DNA of 64,000 nt, from assembly GCA_015055805.1 (NCBI GenBank), contig SVHN01000003.1, forward strand, positions 96,503 through 160,502, read 5' to 3'. Position numbers and translations under genes: made by a program. Below, one piece after another: positions 1 to 9,448 of the stretch. The notes under the pieces were generated by a model. It was not told the origin of the DNA, did not search any database, and saw nothing but the letters and a program-made list of their open reading frames with translations. The DNA comes from Clostridiales bacterium. GTDB lineage: Bacteria; Bacillota; Clostridia; Christensenellales; Borkfalkiaceae. Numbering within the stretch: the first letter of the stretch is position 1; the number at the start of each line of letters is the position of its first letter.

Positions 1-88
1 CCGTCGCTGCATGTGTATGCGCTACCACCGCTTATTTTATACTTAGAAAAAAAGAAGATTAACCTTAAACTTTTATAACAGATATTAA

Positions 89-121
89 CCCCGAGCAAGA
101 TAAGTTCGCTCGGGGTTTTTT
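89..121 (+). terminator. Rho-independent terminator (CCCCGAGC / GCTCGGGG stem followed by T6)
   Basis: Perfect 8-bp stem at 89-96 and 108-115, followed by TTTTTT at 116-121. It probably ends a plus-strand gene that finishes at or before the window start. Confidence 0.6.
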
Positions 122-153
122 AATGCCTATTAGTATTTAATAAAACGGTCAAT

Positions 154-855
154 TCAATCGGTGTACACGTTGTCGTTAGGCGAGATAAAATTCAAGCCTA
201 GCATATTAAATTCTTCATCAACGTCGAAGTTCTCTGCATTTTCGTACGCCGCTAGTTTACTTATTGAAACTTCATAAGCCGTAAGCGTTCTTACGTCGTC
301 GTCAGTTATTTTCTTTTGGTATTCTCTGCTCTGTATTCTTCCACTTATGGCTATCTTTTCACCAACCGCAAGATTTTTTGCAAAGCGCGCGTTTCTTCCC
401 CAAGCTATACTCGGTATATAGTCCGATTTGTTATACGAGCGGTTTACCGCTATTAAGATATCTGCTATTTCACGGTTAAACGGCGTCGTGCGGTATACGG
501 GCGGTTTGCAGATGTAGCCCGTTAAAACTATACTGTTCGGGTTTTTAACGGGTATATCGTCTAATAGTTCCCTAACGAATACCGTAAGCATAAGTTTGCT
601 TTTACCGTCAACTAGTTTATTATAACTTCTAAATTGACCTAACGCATTTATAGTTACGCCGACTTTTAAATCTTTGTCTGCTATAAGCCGCTCGGATATA
701 GTTACGGGTAAAATATCGCCTTGCCCCGATAGTCTTTTTACGAGCACGTTCATCTCGTAAAAGCCTTCGCCGTATACTTCGTGTGAAAATTCGGCCTCGG
801 TAACGATTTCCCCGCTAATAAAAACTTTGTTGTTCTTTTCTGATAAATAGTTCAT
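154..855 (-). CDS. SSB/OB-fold family protein with two tandem OB-like halves
   Basis: ORF 154..870. The ATG at 855 lies 8 nt after GGAGG, while the listed start at 870 is a TTG that overlaps this SD. Both halves carry SSB-like strings (NKVFISGEI..ALGQFRSY and NSIVLTGYI..AWGRNA..ISGRIQSREY). There is no canonical acidic DDDIPF tail. Confidence 0.6.
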   Translation of the reverse strand: MNYLSEKNNKVFISGEIVTEAEFSHEVYGEGFYEMNVLVKRLSGQGDILPVTISERLIADKDLKVGVTINALGQFRSYNKLVDGKSKLMLTVFVRELLDDIPVKNPNSIVLTGYICKPPVYRTTPFNREIADILIAVNRSYNKSDYIPSIAWGRNARFAKNLAVGEKIAISGRIQSREYQKKITDDDVRTLTAYEVSISKLAAYENAENFDVDEEFNMLGLNFISPNDNVYTD

Positions 856-878
856 ATATATTTCCTCCAATGAATTTC

Positions 879-1643
879 CTATGAATTTTGAACTTGAGAG
901 CCGTCTGATGCCATCTTATAATTATCTCTATATATTAGCTCTCCTATCGGCACAAATTCATAACCTAAACTTTTTAACTCGTCTATAATTTCAGGCAAAG
1001 CCTCCGCCGTATGTAAGCCTTGGTTATGAAAAAGCACGATAGATCCGTTTTTAACCTTTTTTAGCACTCTCTTTTTTATCTCGTCCTTTGATAAATCTTT
1101 CCAATCTAAACTGTCAACGTCCCATTGTATAACATATAGATTAAGTTCTTTCGCCGTATCGATTAGCAGGTCGTCGTAATCGCCGTAAGGCGGTCTAAAG
1201 ACTTCTACCTTTTTACCCGTTATATCTTCTATCGCCTTTGATGAAGTGGTAAGTTCTTTTTCGATAGCACTCTTATCTAATTTACTCATATACGGGTGTG
1301 TTGCCGAGTGAGTACCTATCTCGTGTCCGTGATCAGAAATTTTTTTGACGTATTCTGGGTATTTTGTCGTCCAAAACTCTACCATAAAAAACGTACAGCG
1401 AACTTCTTTTTCACTCATTACTTTTAATAGTTTATCCGTATAGTCTACACCCCACGCACAATCAAAGGATATTGCGACCTTTTTTTCTTGAGTATCTACT
1501 CTGTATATAGGCAGTTTTCTGCCGTTTTCACTTAACGCGCCTATCGTGCCGACCTTAAAAAATGAAAGCGATACGATAACTAACGATAAAACTACGGCTA
1601 ATGATAAAAGAATTTTCTTCTTGTTTAAGACTGCAAAGAACAT
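879..1643 (-). CDS. Polysaccharide deacetylase (NodB homology domain), membrane anchored, PdaB-like
   Basis: N-terminal TM segment followed by NodB motifs: KVAISFDCAWG, RCTFFMV, HGHEIGTHSATHP and IVLFHN. Confidence 0.8.
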   Translation of the reverse strand: MFFAVLNKKKILLSLAVVLSLVIVSLSFFKVGTIGALSENGRKLPIYRVDTQEKKVAISFDCAWGVDYTDKLLKVMSEKEVRCTFFMVEFWTTKYPEYVKKISDHGHEIGTHSATHPYMSKLDKSAIEKELTTSSKAIEDITGKKVEVFRPPYGDYDDLLIDTAKELNLYVIQWDVDSLDWKDLSKDEIKKRVLKKVKNGSIVLFHNQGLHTAEALPEIIDELKSLGYEFVPIGELIYRDNYKMASDGSQVQNS

Positions 1644-1738
1644 TTTAGTCTTTTCCTTTTGTCGAATTTTGTTTTTTTATATTCAATTTCGGCTAATTTT
1701 GTAAAAAAACAGTCAAGAGTTTATAAAAAAACTTATAT

Positions 1739-1770
1739 AAAAAAACCGAACAGTAAAATATACGTTCGGT
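1739..1770 (-). terminator. Rho-independent terminator (ACCGAAC / GTTCGGT)
   Basis: On the minus strand the 7-bp stem is followed by a T7 run (plus-strand A-run at 1739-1745). Confidence 0.5.
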
Positions 1771-1803
1771 AAGTTTTTTATATAACTAGAATTTTAAAAA
1801 TTC

Positions 1804-1839
1804 AAAACCGCCCAAAGAATTTTTCTTTGGGCGGTTTTT
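1804..1839. terminator. Bidirectional terminator hairpin (CCGCCCAAAGA / TCTTTGGGCGG)
   Basis: Perfect 11-bp stem at 1808-1834, flanked by A4 and T5. It lies directly downstream of the small membrane-protein gene. Confidence 0.6.
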
Positions 1840-1848
1840 CTTCCAACC

Positions 1849-2052
1849 TTATTGCTGTTCTTCTTTTTTTACGACAAGGGTTAAAAGTATCCCTAACCAA
1901 CTAAACGCAAACCCTAGCCAAAACCACATAACTTCGTTGAGTTTTGGGTTCTTTTGATGAACGAGTTCGCAAGTTATTCTGCCGCAAACGTAACTGACTG
2001 CGAGCACAATAGCAAGTGCTATTATACCTAAAATAATGAATAATGCTACCAT
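1849..2052 (-). CDS. Small hypothetical membrane protein (67 aa, two predicted TM helices)
   Basis: ORF 1849..2148. The internal ATG at 2052 is preceded by GGAGGTAATATAT. The product, MVALFIILGIIALAIVLAV...WFWLGFAFSWLGILLTLVV, is strongly hydrophobic. Confidence 0.5.
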   Translation of the reverse strand: MVALFIILGIIALAIVLAVSYVCGRITCELVHQKNPKLNEVMWFWLGFAFSWLGILLTLVVKKEEQQ

Positions 2053-2171
2053 ATATATTACCTCCGCTAAAAGTCTTATTTTTATAACATTATAGAATAA
2101 ATCAAATTTTTTGTCAAGGCGCGTACGGAATTTTATAACGCAACTCACTTTTTTAAAGTATACGCTGTCAC

Positions 2172-2207
2172 AAAAAAAATATCCTTTCGCAAAATGTGAA
2201 AGGATAT
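2172..2207 (-). terminator. Rho-independent terminator after rpmA
   Basis: ATATCCTTTC / GAAAGGATAT stem, followed on the minus strand by T8. Confidence 0.7.
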
Positions 2208-2219
2208 AAATTTTTCTAA

Positions 2220-2501
2220 TTAGTTTTCTTTTGCGTAAACGCTAACCTTTTTGTCGTTTCTGCCCATTCTTTCAAACTTAACTACGCCGTCGATAAGAGC
2301 GAACAAGGTGTCGTCTTTACCGATACCAACGTTGTTACCGGGGTGAATCTTCGTTCCGCGCTGACGAACGATAATGCCGCCTGCCAAAACGTCCTGACCG
2401 TTAACTCTCTTTACGCCAAGTCTTTTTGCGTTGCTGTCTCTGCCGTTCTTGGTGCTACCGCCACCTTTGTGGTGAGCAAATAATCTAAATAAAAACATCA
2501 T
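2220..2501 (-). CDS. rpmA: 50S ribosomal protein L27 with Firmicutes-type N-terminal propeptide
   Basis: [24 protein letters not shown] is the L27 signature. It is preceded by MMFLFRLF, a propeptide like the one removed by the Prp protease. SD is GGGAGG. Confidence 0.95.
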   Translation of the reverse strand: MMFLFRLFAHHKGGGSTKNGRDSNAKRLGVKRVNGQDVLAGGIIVRQRGTKIHPGNNVGIGKDDTLFALIDGVVKFERMGRNDKKVSVYAKEN

Positions 2502-2518
2502 AAATCTTTTCCTCCCAC

Positions 2519-2827
2519 TTATTTAGAAACGATTTCAAGAATCTTAACTGCCGTGAAAGGCTGTCTGTGACCCTGTTTCTTTCTTTCGTTCTTTTTAGCT
2601 TTGTATTTGTAAACAATGATTTTCTTATCCTTGCCCTGTTCTAATACTTCGCCAACTGCCTTAAATGACTTAGCCTCGTCTGCAACCTTAATGCCTGCTT
2701 CGTCAGCAACCATTAATACGTCGAACTCAACTTTGTCGCCTACGTTTGCTGAAAGTTTTTCAAATCTGATGACTGAACCAACTTCCGCTTTGTACTGCTT
2801 TGAACCGTTTGCTACGATTGCGTACAT
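2519..2827 (-). CDS. rplU: 50S ribosomal protein L21
   Basis: [25 protein letters not shown]... and ...[15 protein letters not shown] are typical of L21. SD is AGAGGAGG. Confidence 0.95.
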   Translation of the reverse strand: MYAIVANGSKQYKAEVGSVIRFEKLSANVGDKVEFDVLMVADEAGIKVADEAKSFKAVGEVLEQGKDKKIIVYKYKAKKNERKKQGHRQPFTAVKILEIVSK

Positions 2828-2947
2828 AATGAATACCTCCTCTAACCTGACTCGCCGAATTTATTTTTGGGGCGGTGAATACACACTTAAAAAACCCCTT
2901 TCGAGCGGCTACTGGGATATTTTATAACATTTACATTTAAAAGTCAA
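2828..2947 (-). promoter_or_regulatory. Putative rplU-rpmA promoter (TTGACT-17-TAAAAT) plus a roughly 85-nt structured 5' leader (possible L21-leader-type element)
   Basis: On the minus strand, TTGACT is at 2947..2942 and TAAAAT at 2924..2919, with a 17-nt spacer. The leader contains GGGG..CCCC and CCGCTCGAAAGGGG pairings. The match to the known L21 leader was not verified. Confidence 0.35.
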
Positions 2948-3014
2948 ACGTTTTACACATAATTTCCCTTTATTTCCACAAACTTTTAGCATAGAATTTT
3001 AAGGAGAATTTTTT

Positions 3015-3452
3015 ATGGAACTTAATGAGTATAACGTTAAAGCTATAAACGACGCGTACAAAAACGCACATATTGCCTTGCAGAGCATTTCAGACCTTAT
3101 TCCGTCCGTTAAAAGCGAAGAGTTTAAGAAGGAACTTCAAGAACAGTACGAAGGTTATGAAAAGATTATCGGCAAGATTTCCACCTTTATGGCGGAACAA
3201 GGCTTAGAGCCGAAAGACATTAACCCTATGAAAAAGGCTATGCTTTGGGGCAGTATCAAGATGAAAACAATGTTCAACGACAGCCAAAATCAAGCCGCAG
3301 AAATGATGATTAACGGCACGGTTATGGGCATAAACGAACTAACGGCAATGAAGAACGAAAAAGAAAATCTTCACGACGAAGTCGCCGCATTTATAGACGA
3401 GATTTTAACCCTAGAAGAAGAATACGAACAACGCTTAAAAAAGTATTTGTAA
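3015..3452 (+). CDS. Hypothetical helical protein (145 aa)
   Basis: SD AAGGAGA lies upstream of the ATG. The sequence looks all-helical and heptad-like, and I do not recognise a family. A terminator follows. Confidence 0.6.
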   Translation: MELNEYNVKAINDAYKNAHIALQSISDLIPSVKSEEFKKELQEQYEGYEKIIGKISTFMAEQGLEPKDINPMKKAMLWGSIKMKTMFNDSQNQAAEMMINGTVMGINELTAMKNEKENLHDEVAAFIDEILTLEEEYEQRLKKYL

Positions 3453-3453
3453 A

Positions 3454-3485
3454 GAAAAAAACGGACGCACGCGTCCGTTTTTTTC
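3454..3485. terminator. Bidirectional terminator (ACGGACGC / GCGTCCGT)
   Basis: 8-bp GC-rich stem flanked by A7 and T8, lying between convergent genes. Confidence 0.8.
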
Positions 3486-3490
3486 TTGTT

Positions 3491-4741
3491 TTATTTCTTT
3501 TCGATAAGAACTTTCTTTAATTTAGCAAATCTGGGAAGTCCGTCTTCTTTCTTCATGTTTACTTCGCCCTGGATAAGAGGAAGTGCGTATGCAACGAATT
3601 CGTCTGAAATACCAGTACCGTTATTGATGATCCATTCCATAGGAACGGTCTTTTCGGTGTTTGCTGCAAGCTCTAAGGGAAGAAGTTTGTATTCGCATTC
3701 GTACTTATCCCCTGCCTTTCTTGCGTAGCAAACCATCTTGTCGGTTTCGCCGTTTACAGCCGCTCTAACTGCTTGTTTACCAGCCTCGAAAGTTTCTTCA
3801 ACGTCGGTTGCAGACGCGCAATGCGCTGCACATCTCTGCATGAGTGAAAGTTCGATTGCTCTAACCTTAGAACCGGTTTCAGCCTTAATAATGTTAGAAA
3901 GGGTTGCTGCTACGCCGCCGAGCTGTGCGTGACCGAAAGAGTCTCTTGCGCCTGCTTCACCGAGTGCTTCGCAAACGAGAACGCCGTCTGCGTTCTTAAT
4001 ACCTTCAGATACGACTGCAATACATTTATTGTTGTTCTTAGCCATAACGTCTTTAACGTCCTTAACGAACTTATCTACGTCGAAAGCAACTTCAGGAAGA
4101 TAGATAAGGTCTGCGCCTAAGCCCTTAGCGTTAGCGAGTTGCGCTGCCGCCGTAAGCCAGCCTGCGTTTCTACCCATAACTTCGATAACGCAAACCATAG
4201 GCGTGTCGTAAACCTTTGCGTCAAGGTTAATTTCCATAATAGAAGTTGCAATATATTTTGCAGCAGAAGCAAAGCCCGGGCAATGGTCTGTTCCGTAAAG
4301 GTCGTTATCAATGGTCTTAGGAACGCCGATAACGTTCATTTCGTAACCGGATTTTGCCATGTATTTGCTGATCTTGTTGCAGGTGTCCATACTGTCGTTT
4401 CCGCCGTTATAGAAGAAATAACGAACGTTATACTTTTTGAACACTTCTAATAATCTCTTATAATCGGTGTCGTCAACGGCTGCGTCTTTAAGTTTGTATC
4501 TAACAGAACCTAAAGCTGATGACGGAGTGTTCTTCAAAAGAAGAAGTTCTTCTCTGTCTTCCTTGGAAATGTCGTAGAGTTCTTCGTTTAAGATTCCTCT
4601 AATTCCGTGTGCTGCGCCGTATACTTCGGTAATCATATCCGAGTCTAAACCTTCGATAAATACGCCTGCTGCGCTTGCGTTAATAACCGAAGTCGGTCCG
4701 CCTGATTGTGCGAATATTAATGCACCCTTTAATCCTTTCAT
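3491..4741 (-). CDS. pfp: Pyrophosphate-dependent 6-phosphofructokinase (diphosphate--fructose-6-phosphate 1-phosphotransferase type)
   Basis: PFK fold. It has GGNDS where ATP-PFKs have GGDGS, and PKTIDND where they have PGTIDND. The Asp and Lys at these positions are the classic PPi-PFK discriminators. I use the start at MKGLKG (4741), which lies after AAGGAGAAAAACT. Confidence 0.8.
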   Translation of the reverse strand: MKGLKGALIFAQSGGPTSVINASAAGVFIEGLDSDMITEVYGAAHGIRGILNEELYDISKEDREELLLLKNTPSSALGSVRYKLKDAAVDDTDYKRLLEVFKKYNVRYFFYNGGNDSMDTCNKISKYMAKSGYEMNVIGVPKTIDNDLYGTDHCPGFASAAKYIATSIMEINLDAKVYDTPMVCVIEVMGRNAGWLTAAAQLANAKGLGADLIYLPEVAFDVDKFVKDVKDVMAKNNNKCIAVVSEGIKNADGVLVCEALGEAGARDSFGHAQLGGVAATLSNIIKAETGSKVRAIELSLMQRCAAHCASATDVEETFEAGKQAVRAAVNGETDKMVCYARKAGDKYECEYKLLPLELAANTEKTVPMEWIINNGTGISDEFVAYALPLIQGEVNMKKEDGLPRFAKLKKVLIEKK

Positions 4742-4822
4742 AGTTTTTCTCCTTGTTATATATTGTATATCTTTTTTATTCTTTATTTTAAGGTTTTTCA
4801 CAAATGTAGTGACAAATCTTTA

Positions 4823-5785
4823 TTACATATTTAATACGTGCGCTATCTCGTAAAGTCTAGTATCGAATTTCTTTTCCGCCTTGCTTACTTCCGAGAACGG
4901 CACGGTTATTACCTTGTTATCCTTAATGCCGATCGCGCAACTATCGCAGTCCTGTCTAAGAAGTTCAACCGCTTTATAACCAAAACGAGCCGCCAAAACA
5001 CGATCTGCCATGTTCGGTGATCCGCCACGCTGAATATAACCGAAGTTATTGACCTTTACGGTTATACCGCTCTTTTTACCGATATATTCGGCTATTTCGT
5101 CGCGGTTACCTGCGCCTTCGGCAAGAATTATCATATTTGAAGTCTTTCCACGAAGATAACTCTTCTTTATCGACGACGCGATTTTATCAAGATCGTACGG
5201 TATTTCCGGAACGAGTACGTATTCTGCGCCGCCTGCGACGCCTGCGTATAAAGCAATATCGCCACAGTTTCTGCCCATAACTTCTAAAAGGCCAACTCTG
5301 TCGTGAGAGTGAAGTGTATCACGAAGATTGTTTATTGCCCAAAGCACGGTGTTGACAGCCGTATCAAAGCCTACCGTATAATCGGTATACGCTAGGTCGT
5401 TATCAATAGTACCGGGTATTCCTATGACTTTAACGCCGAAGTTTTCCGACAAATCTTTTGCGCCGCGGAAAGTTCCGTCACCGCCGATTACTACTAGCCC
5501 TTCAATGCCGTAAGCCGATAACGCTTCAACCGCTTGACGCTGAACCTCAATATCCTTAAAGTCCGTACATCTTGCAGTATTTAAGAACGTACCGCCCTTG
5601 TGTATCATATTAGATACCGAACGAGATTCAAGACGCTTAATCTCGCCTTTAACAAGACCAGCGTATCCCCTTTCGACACCATATATATCCATTTTTTGCG
5701 CAAGCGCAGCGCGAACAACCGCTCTTATGCAGGCGTTCATGCCCGGCGCGTCGCCACCGCTTGTTAACACAGCAATCCTTTCCAT
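4823..5785 (-). CDS. pfkA: ATP-dependent 6-phosphofructokinase
   Basis: MERIAVLTSGGDAPGMNA, IGGDGTFRGA, IPGTIDND and MGRNCGDIAL form the ATP-type signature. Confidence 0.9.
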   Translation of the reverse strand: MERIAVLTSGGDAPGMNACIRAVVRAALAQKMDIYGVERGYAGLVKGEIKRLESRSVSNMIHKGGTFLNTARCTDFKDIEVQRQAVEALSAYGIEGLVVIGGDGTFRGAKDLSENFGVKVIGIPGTIDNDLAYTDYTVGFDTAVNTVLWAINNLRDTLHSHDRVGLLEVMGRNCGDIALYAGVAGGAEYVLVPEIPYDLDKIASSIKKSYLRGKTSNMIILAEGAGNRDEIAEYIGKKSGITVKVNNFGYIQRGGSPNMADRVLAARFGYKAVELLRQDCDSCAIGIKDNKVITVPFSEVSKAEKKFDTRLYEIAHVLNM

Positions 5786-5873
5786 AGTGTTCTCCCTAAT
5801 ATTCTATCTTTTGCGTATCGAGAATTATTTTATCATATCCAAAGAATTTTTTCTACTTATTTAATATTCTTTT

Positions 5874-8800
5874 TTAAGATTTTTTCTTAAAAAATATTAT
5901 ATCTTGCTCGGCAACGTAATTCCTTAGTTCGCTAAGCAATCCTTCGCATCTTCTAACCGACGCGTGGGCATTGTATTTTTTGCCGTTCATAGCGATTATT
6001 ACGGGGATATTTCCGACGTAACTTGCCAAAATATCTTGAATATCGGTAAGCGAATCTTCTTTGCCGTTTGGTATTATTATACCCAAAAACTCCTGTTCGG
6101 CTTGAGGCGTACTATTTTGTTCTTCCTTGATTTCAAGCTTGTCCACGCTGTCGGCAATAATCTGTGGAACACCGTCTTTTATCTGTAATTTACCAGAGAG
6201 TTTTACGACTTCTTCTTCCTTTATGAAGTCCTTGCTCTTTTCAAAGATTTTGGGAAAACATATAGCCTCTATCTGTCCGTAAATGTCTTCTATCTTAATA
6301 AACGCCATAGTCTGTCCGCTCTTGGTTGCAAGGCGTTTAAATTCGGAAATTATTCCGCCCATAACCACGTGTTCGCCTTCTTTTATTTCAGAATAGGTCT
6401 TATTGCCCTCTTCGTCTTCCTCATAGAAATCAAGCACGCTTGTGTTGAACGAGAACTTTGAAAACTGTTCCCTATAATCCGACAAGGGGTGTCCTGAAAG
6501 ATAAATGCCTAGCACCGTCTTTTCCTGAGTAAGCTTTTCCTTTGACGAATATTCGCTCATATCGGGATATTCGAGTTCTAAACCTTCGTCTTCTTCAAAC
6601 ACCGTGCCGAAAAGACTTATCTGCATATTGTCTTTCTTTTTGTTGGCAGATGCTATTCTGTCCATATAATCTGCGTGCACCGCCATGAGCGTTCTTCTGT
6701 TTACGCCAAAATTATCGAACGCGCCTGCAAGGATTAAACTTTCAACTAGTCTCTTATTAATACCGAGCGATATACTTCTGTTGATAAAGTCTTCAAACGA
6801 CTTAAACTCGCCGTGCGTTTCTCTCTCTTTTACTATCTCGTTTATAACGCCAAGCCCGACGTTTTTTAAGCCAACAAGTCCAAACCTAAGCCCGCCGTTC
6901 TCACAAGCAAAGTATGCTTTACTCTTGTTTACGTCGGGTGGATAAACTTCTATACCCTTTCCCTTAACGTAGGTTAAGTACTTGGAAAGTTCTTCTATCT
7001 TATCAATACGGTTGTTTAAGATTGAACAGAAAAACTCTACGGGATAGTACAGTTTAAGATACGCCGTTTGGTACGCAAGGACGGCGTACGCCGCTGCGTG
7101 CGACTTGTTGAACGCGTATTTTGCAAAGCCCGCCATCTCGTCGAATATCTCGGTTGCAATCTCTTCGGGAACGCCGTTTTTCACCGCGCCTGGTATTGGG
7201 TCGCCCTTTTCGCTGACGCCGCCTTCGATAAAGATTTTCTTTTGTCTTGCCATTTCTTCGACGTTCTTTTTACCCATTGCCCTACGCACGATATCCGATT
7301 GACCAAGCGAGAATCCGCCCACCTTTTGGCATATCTGCATAACTTGTTCTTGGTATATCATAACGCCGTAAGTCGCCTTTAATAGCGGTTCAAGCAAGGG
7401 GTGCTTATACCTTATGGTTTCGGGGTTATGTTTATACTTAACGTAGGTCGGGATAGAGTCCATAGGACCTGGTCGGTACATAGATATTCCTGCTATAATA
7501 TCTTCGAAAGTTGACGGTCTTAAATCGCGCATAAAGCGTTTCATGCCCGGACTTTCAAGCTGGAATACCGCGTCGGTTTCCCCGTCGCCTATTAGTTTAT
7601 AAGTAGCCTCGTCTTCGTAACCTAGTTTATGGAAGTCTAAGGTCTTGCCCGTGTTTTCAAATATATACTGTTTTGCCTTTGCAATATCAGTAAGCGTTCT
7701 TAGTCCAAGGAAGTCCATTTTTAGCATGCCGAGCTGTTCAACTTCTTTCATGTCGAACTGCGTGGTAACGTTGCCGTCACTCATCTGTAAGGGTACGTTA
7801 TCGGCAATCGGCTTCGCGCATATAACTACGCCAGCGGCGTGCATACCCGTTTGCCTTGGCATATCTTCGACACGGATTGCCATGTCAATAACCTTTTTTA
7901 TCGTTTCGTCCTGTTCGTAAAGTTCTTTTAATTCCTTGACCGAAACGTCTTCGCCGTCCTTGTTCTTTTTAAACCCGAAACTTTCGCTTATGCTACTTTT
8001 GCCGTCCATAAGTTTAGTAACCTTATCGGTTTCCGAGTAAGGTACTCTAAACACTCTGCCGACGTCTTTTATTGCCGCTCGACCTGCTAGCGTACCGAAA
8101 GTTACTATCTGCGCAACCCTATCAAACCCATACTTGTTGCGCACGTATTCAACGACTTCGCCGCGCCTGTCGTCCTGAAAGTCTATATCAAAGTCAGGCA
8201 TACTTACACGCTCAATGTTCAAAAAACGCTCAAAGACAAGGTCGTATTTTAAGGGGTCAACGTCGGTTATACCTACCGAATACGCAACTATACTAGACAC
8301 CCCGCTTCCGCGCCCTGCGCCGACGGATATGCCTATACTCTTTGCATGGTTTATAAAGTCCCATACTATTAGATAATACTCAATGTATCCCATAGTATGT
8401 ATGGTGTTAAGTTCGTAGTCGAACCTTTCTCTTATCTCGTCAGTTATAACGGGATAGCGTTCCCTAAGCCCTTTTTCTGCAATGTCTTTTAAGAAGTCGT
8501 AAGCCGTCTGTCCGTTATCGGGAATATATCCGGGGATAAGCGAAGTATCCCTTATGGGCTCGCATTTTTTGTTAAGGTCGAATATAGGCTCTTCATTACA
8601 CTTATCTGCAATGACGAGCGTATTGGTTAATGCCTCGGGAATATACGAGAATAGTTCCGCCATTTCTTCCGCCGTCTTTAAGTAGGCTTGGTCGGTATCC
8701 ATCTTAAATCTAGTCGGATCGTCAATAGTGGTCTTAGTACTTATACATGCAACCACGTCTTGAACTTCGTTGTCTTCCTTTTCTATATAATGCACGTCGT

Positions 8801-9437
8801 TGGTTGCAACTAGTTGTATTCCTAATTCTTTGCCAAGTTTAACGAGTAACGGATTAATCTTTTTTTGTTCGGGCATTCCGTGGTCTTGAATTTCCAAATA
8901 GAAGTCTTCGCCGAACATTTCCTTTAGCATAAGCGCGGTTTCTTTTGCGCCTTCGTAATCGTTCTGCAAAAGGCGTTTACTTACCCTACCTGCAAGGCAG
9001 CCCGATAAGCACACCAAGCCTTCGGTGTGCTCTTTAAGCAGTTTATAGTCTATTCTCGGTTTATAATAAAACCCGTCTACGTACGCGATTGAATCTAGTT
9101 TTATTAGATTTTTATAACCCTTTTTGTTCTTACACAATAAGACTAAGTGGTCATAGTCGCGAACTTGCGCTTTATAGTCTTCGGCAACGTACATTTCGCA
9201 ACCGATAATCGCCTGCATCTTGGCGTCTTCTTCGCTTGCGCCACCTTCCAAAGCCTTCATGTACGCCTTTTTTGCGCACTCTGCAAAATAGAGTGTACCG
9301 AACATATTTCCGTGGTCGGTTATAGCGAGGGCGTGCATACCCTTTTTACGGCACGCCTTAAATACTTCGTCTATTCTGGTTGCTCCGTCGAGCAAACTGT
9401 ATTCCGTGTGTACGTGTAAATGTACGAATTCGTTCAT
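5874..9437 (-). CDS. dnaE: DNA polymerase III alpha subunit (DnaE type)
   Basis: 1187 aa. N-terminal PHP domain (FVHLHVHTEYSLLDG), the polymerase core and a C-terminal OB region. Confidence 0.95.
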   Translation of the reverse strand: MNEFVHLHVHTEYSLLDGATRIDEVFKACRKKGMHALAITDHGNMFGTLYFAECAKKAYMKALEGGASEEDAKMQAIIGCEMYVAEDYKAQVRDYDHLVLLCKNKKGYKNLIKLDSIAYVDGFYYKPRIDYKLLKEHTEGLVCLSGCLAGRVSKRLLQNDYEGAKETALMLKEMFGEDFYLEIQDHGMPEQKKINPLLVKLGKELGIQLVATNDVHYIEKEDNEVQDVVACISTKTTIDDPTRFKMDTDQAYLKTAEEMAELFSYIPEALTNTLVIADKCNEEPIFDLNKKCEPIRDTSLIPGYIPDNGQTAYDFLKDIAEKGLRERYPVITDEIRERFDYELNTIHTMGYIEYYLIVWDFINHAKSIGISVGAGRGSGVSSIVAYSVGITDVDPLKYDLVFERFLNIERVSMPDFDIDFQDDRRGEVVEYVRNKYGFDRVAQIVTFGTLAGRAAIKDVGRVFRVPYSETDKVTKLMDGKSSISESFGFKKNKDGEDVSVKELKELYEQDETIKKVIDMAIRVEDMPRQTGMHAAGVVICAKPIADNVPLQMSDGNVTTQFDMKEVEQLGMLKMDFLGLRTLTDIAKAKQYIFENTGKTLDFHKLGYEDEATYKLIGDGETDAVFQLESPGMKRFMRDLRPSTFEDIIAGISMYRPGPMDSIPTYVKYKHNPETIRYKHPLLEPLLKATYGVMIYQEQVMQICQKVGGFSLGQSDIVRRAMGKKNVEEMARQKKIFIEGGVSEKGDPIPGAVKNGVPEEIATEIFDEMAGFAKYAFNKSHAAAYAVLAYQTAYLKLYYPVEFFCSILNNRIDKIEELSKYLTYVKGKGIEVYPPDVNKSKAYFACENGGLRFGLVGLKNVGLGVINEIVKERETHGEFKSFEDFINRSISLGINKRLVESLILAGAFDNFGVNRRTLMAVHADYMDRIASANKKKDNMQISLFGTVFEEDEGLELEYPDMSEYSSKEKLTQEKTVLGIYLSGHPLSDYREQFSKFSFNTSVLDFYEEDEEGNKTYSEIKEGEHVVMGGIISEFKRLATKSGQTMAFIKIEDIYGQIEAICFPKIFEKSKDFIKEEEVVKLSGKLQIKDGVPQIIADSVDKLEIKEEQNSTPQAEQEFLGIIIPNGKEDSLTDIQDILASYVGNIPVIIAMNGKKYNAHASVRRCEGLLSELRNYVAEQDIIFFKKKS

Positions 9438-9448
9438 ATCGTGTATCC

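Noticed and set aside
1-78. Open frame 1 on the plus strand (..PSLHVYALPPLILYLEKKKINLKLL*) may be the 3' end of a gene truncated by the window start.
   Set aside because: Only 25 codons are visible and they contain no recognisable motif. The downstream terminator (89..121) is suggestive, but I cannot support a CDS call.
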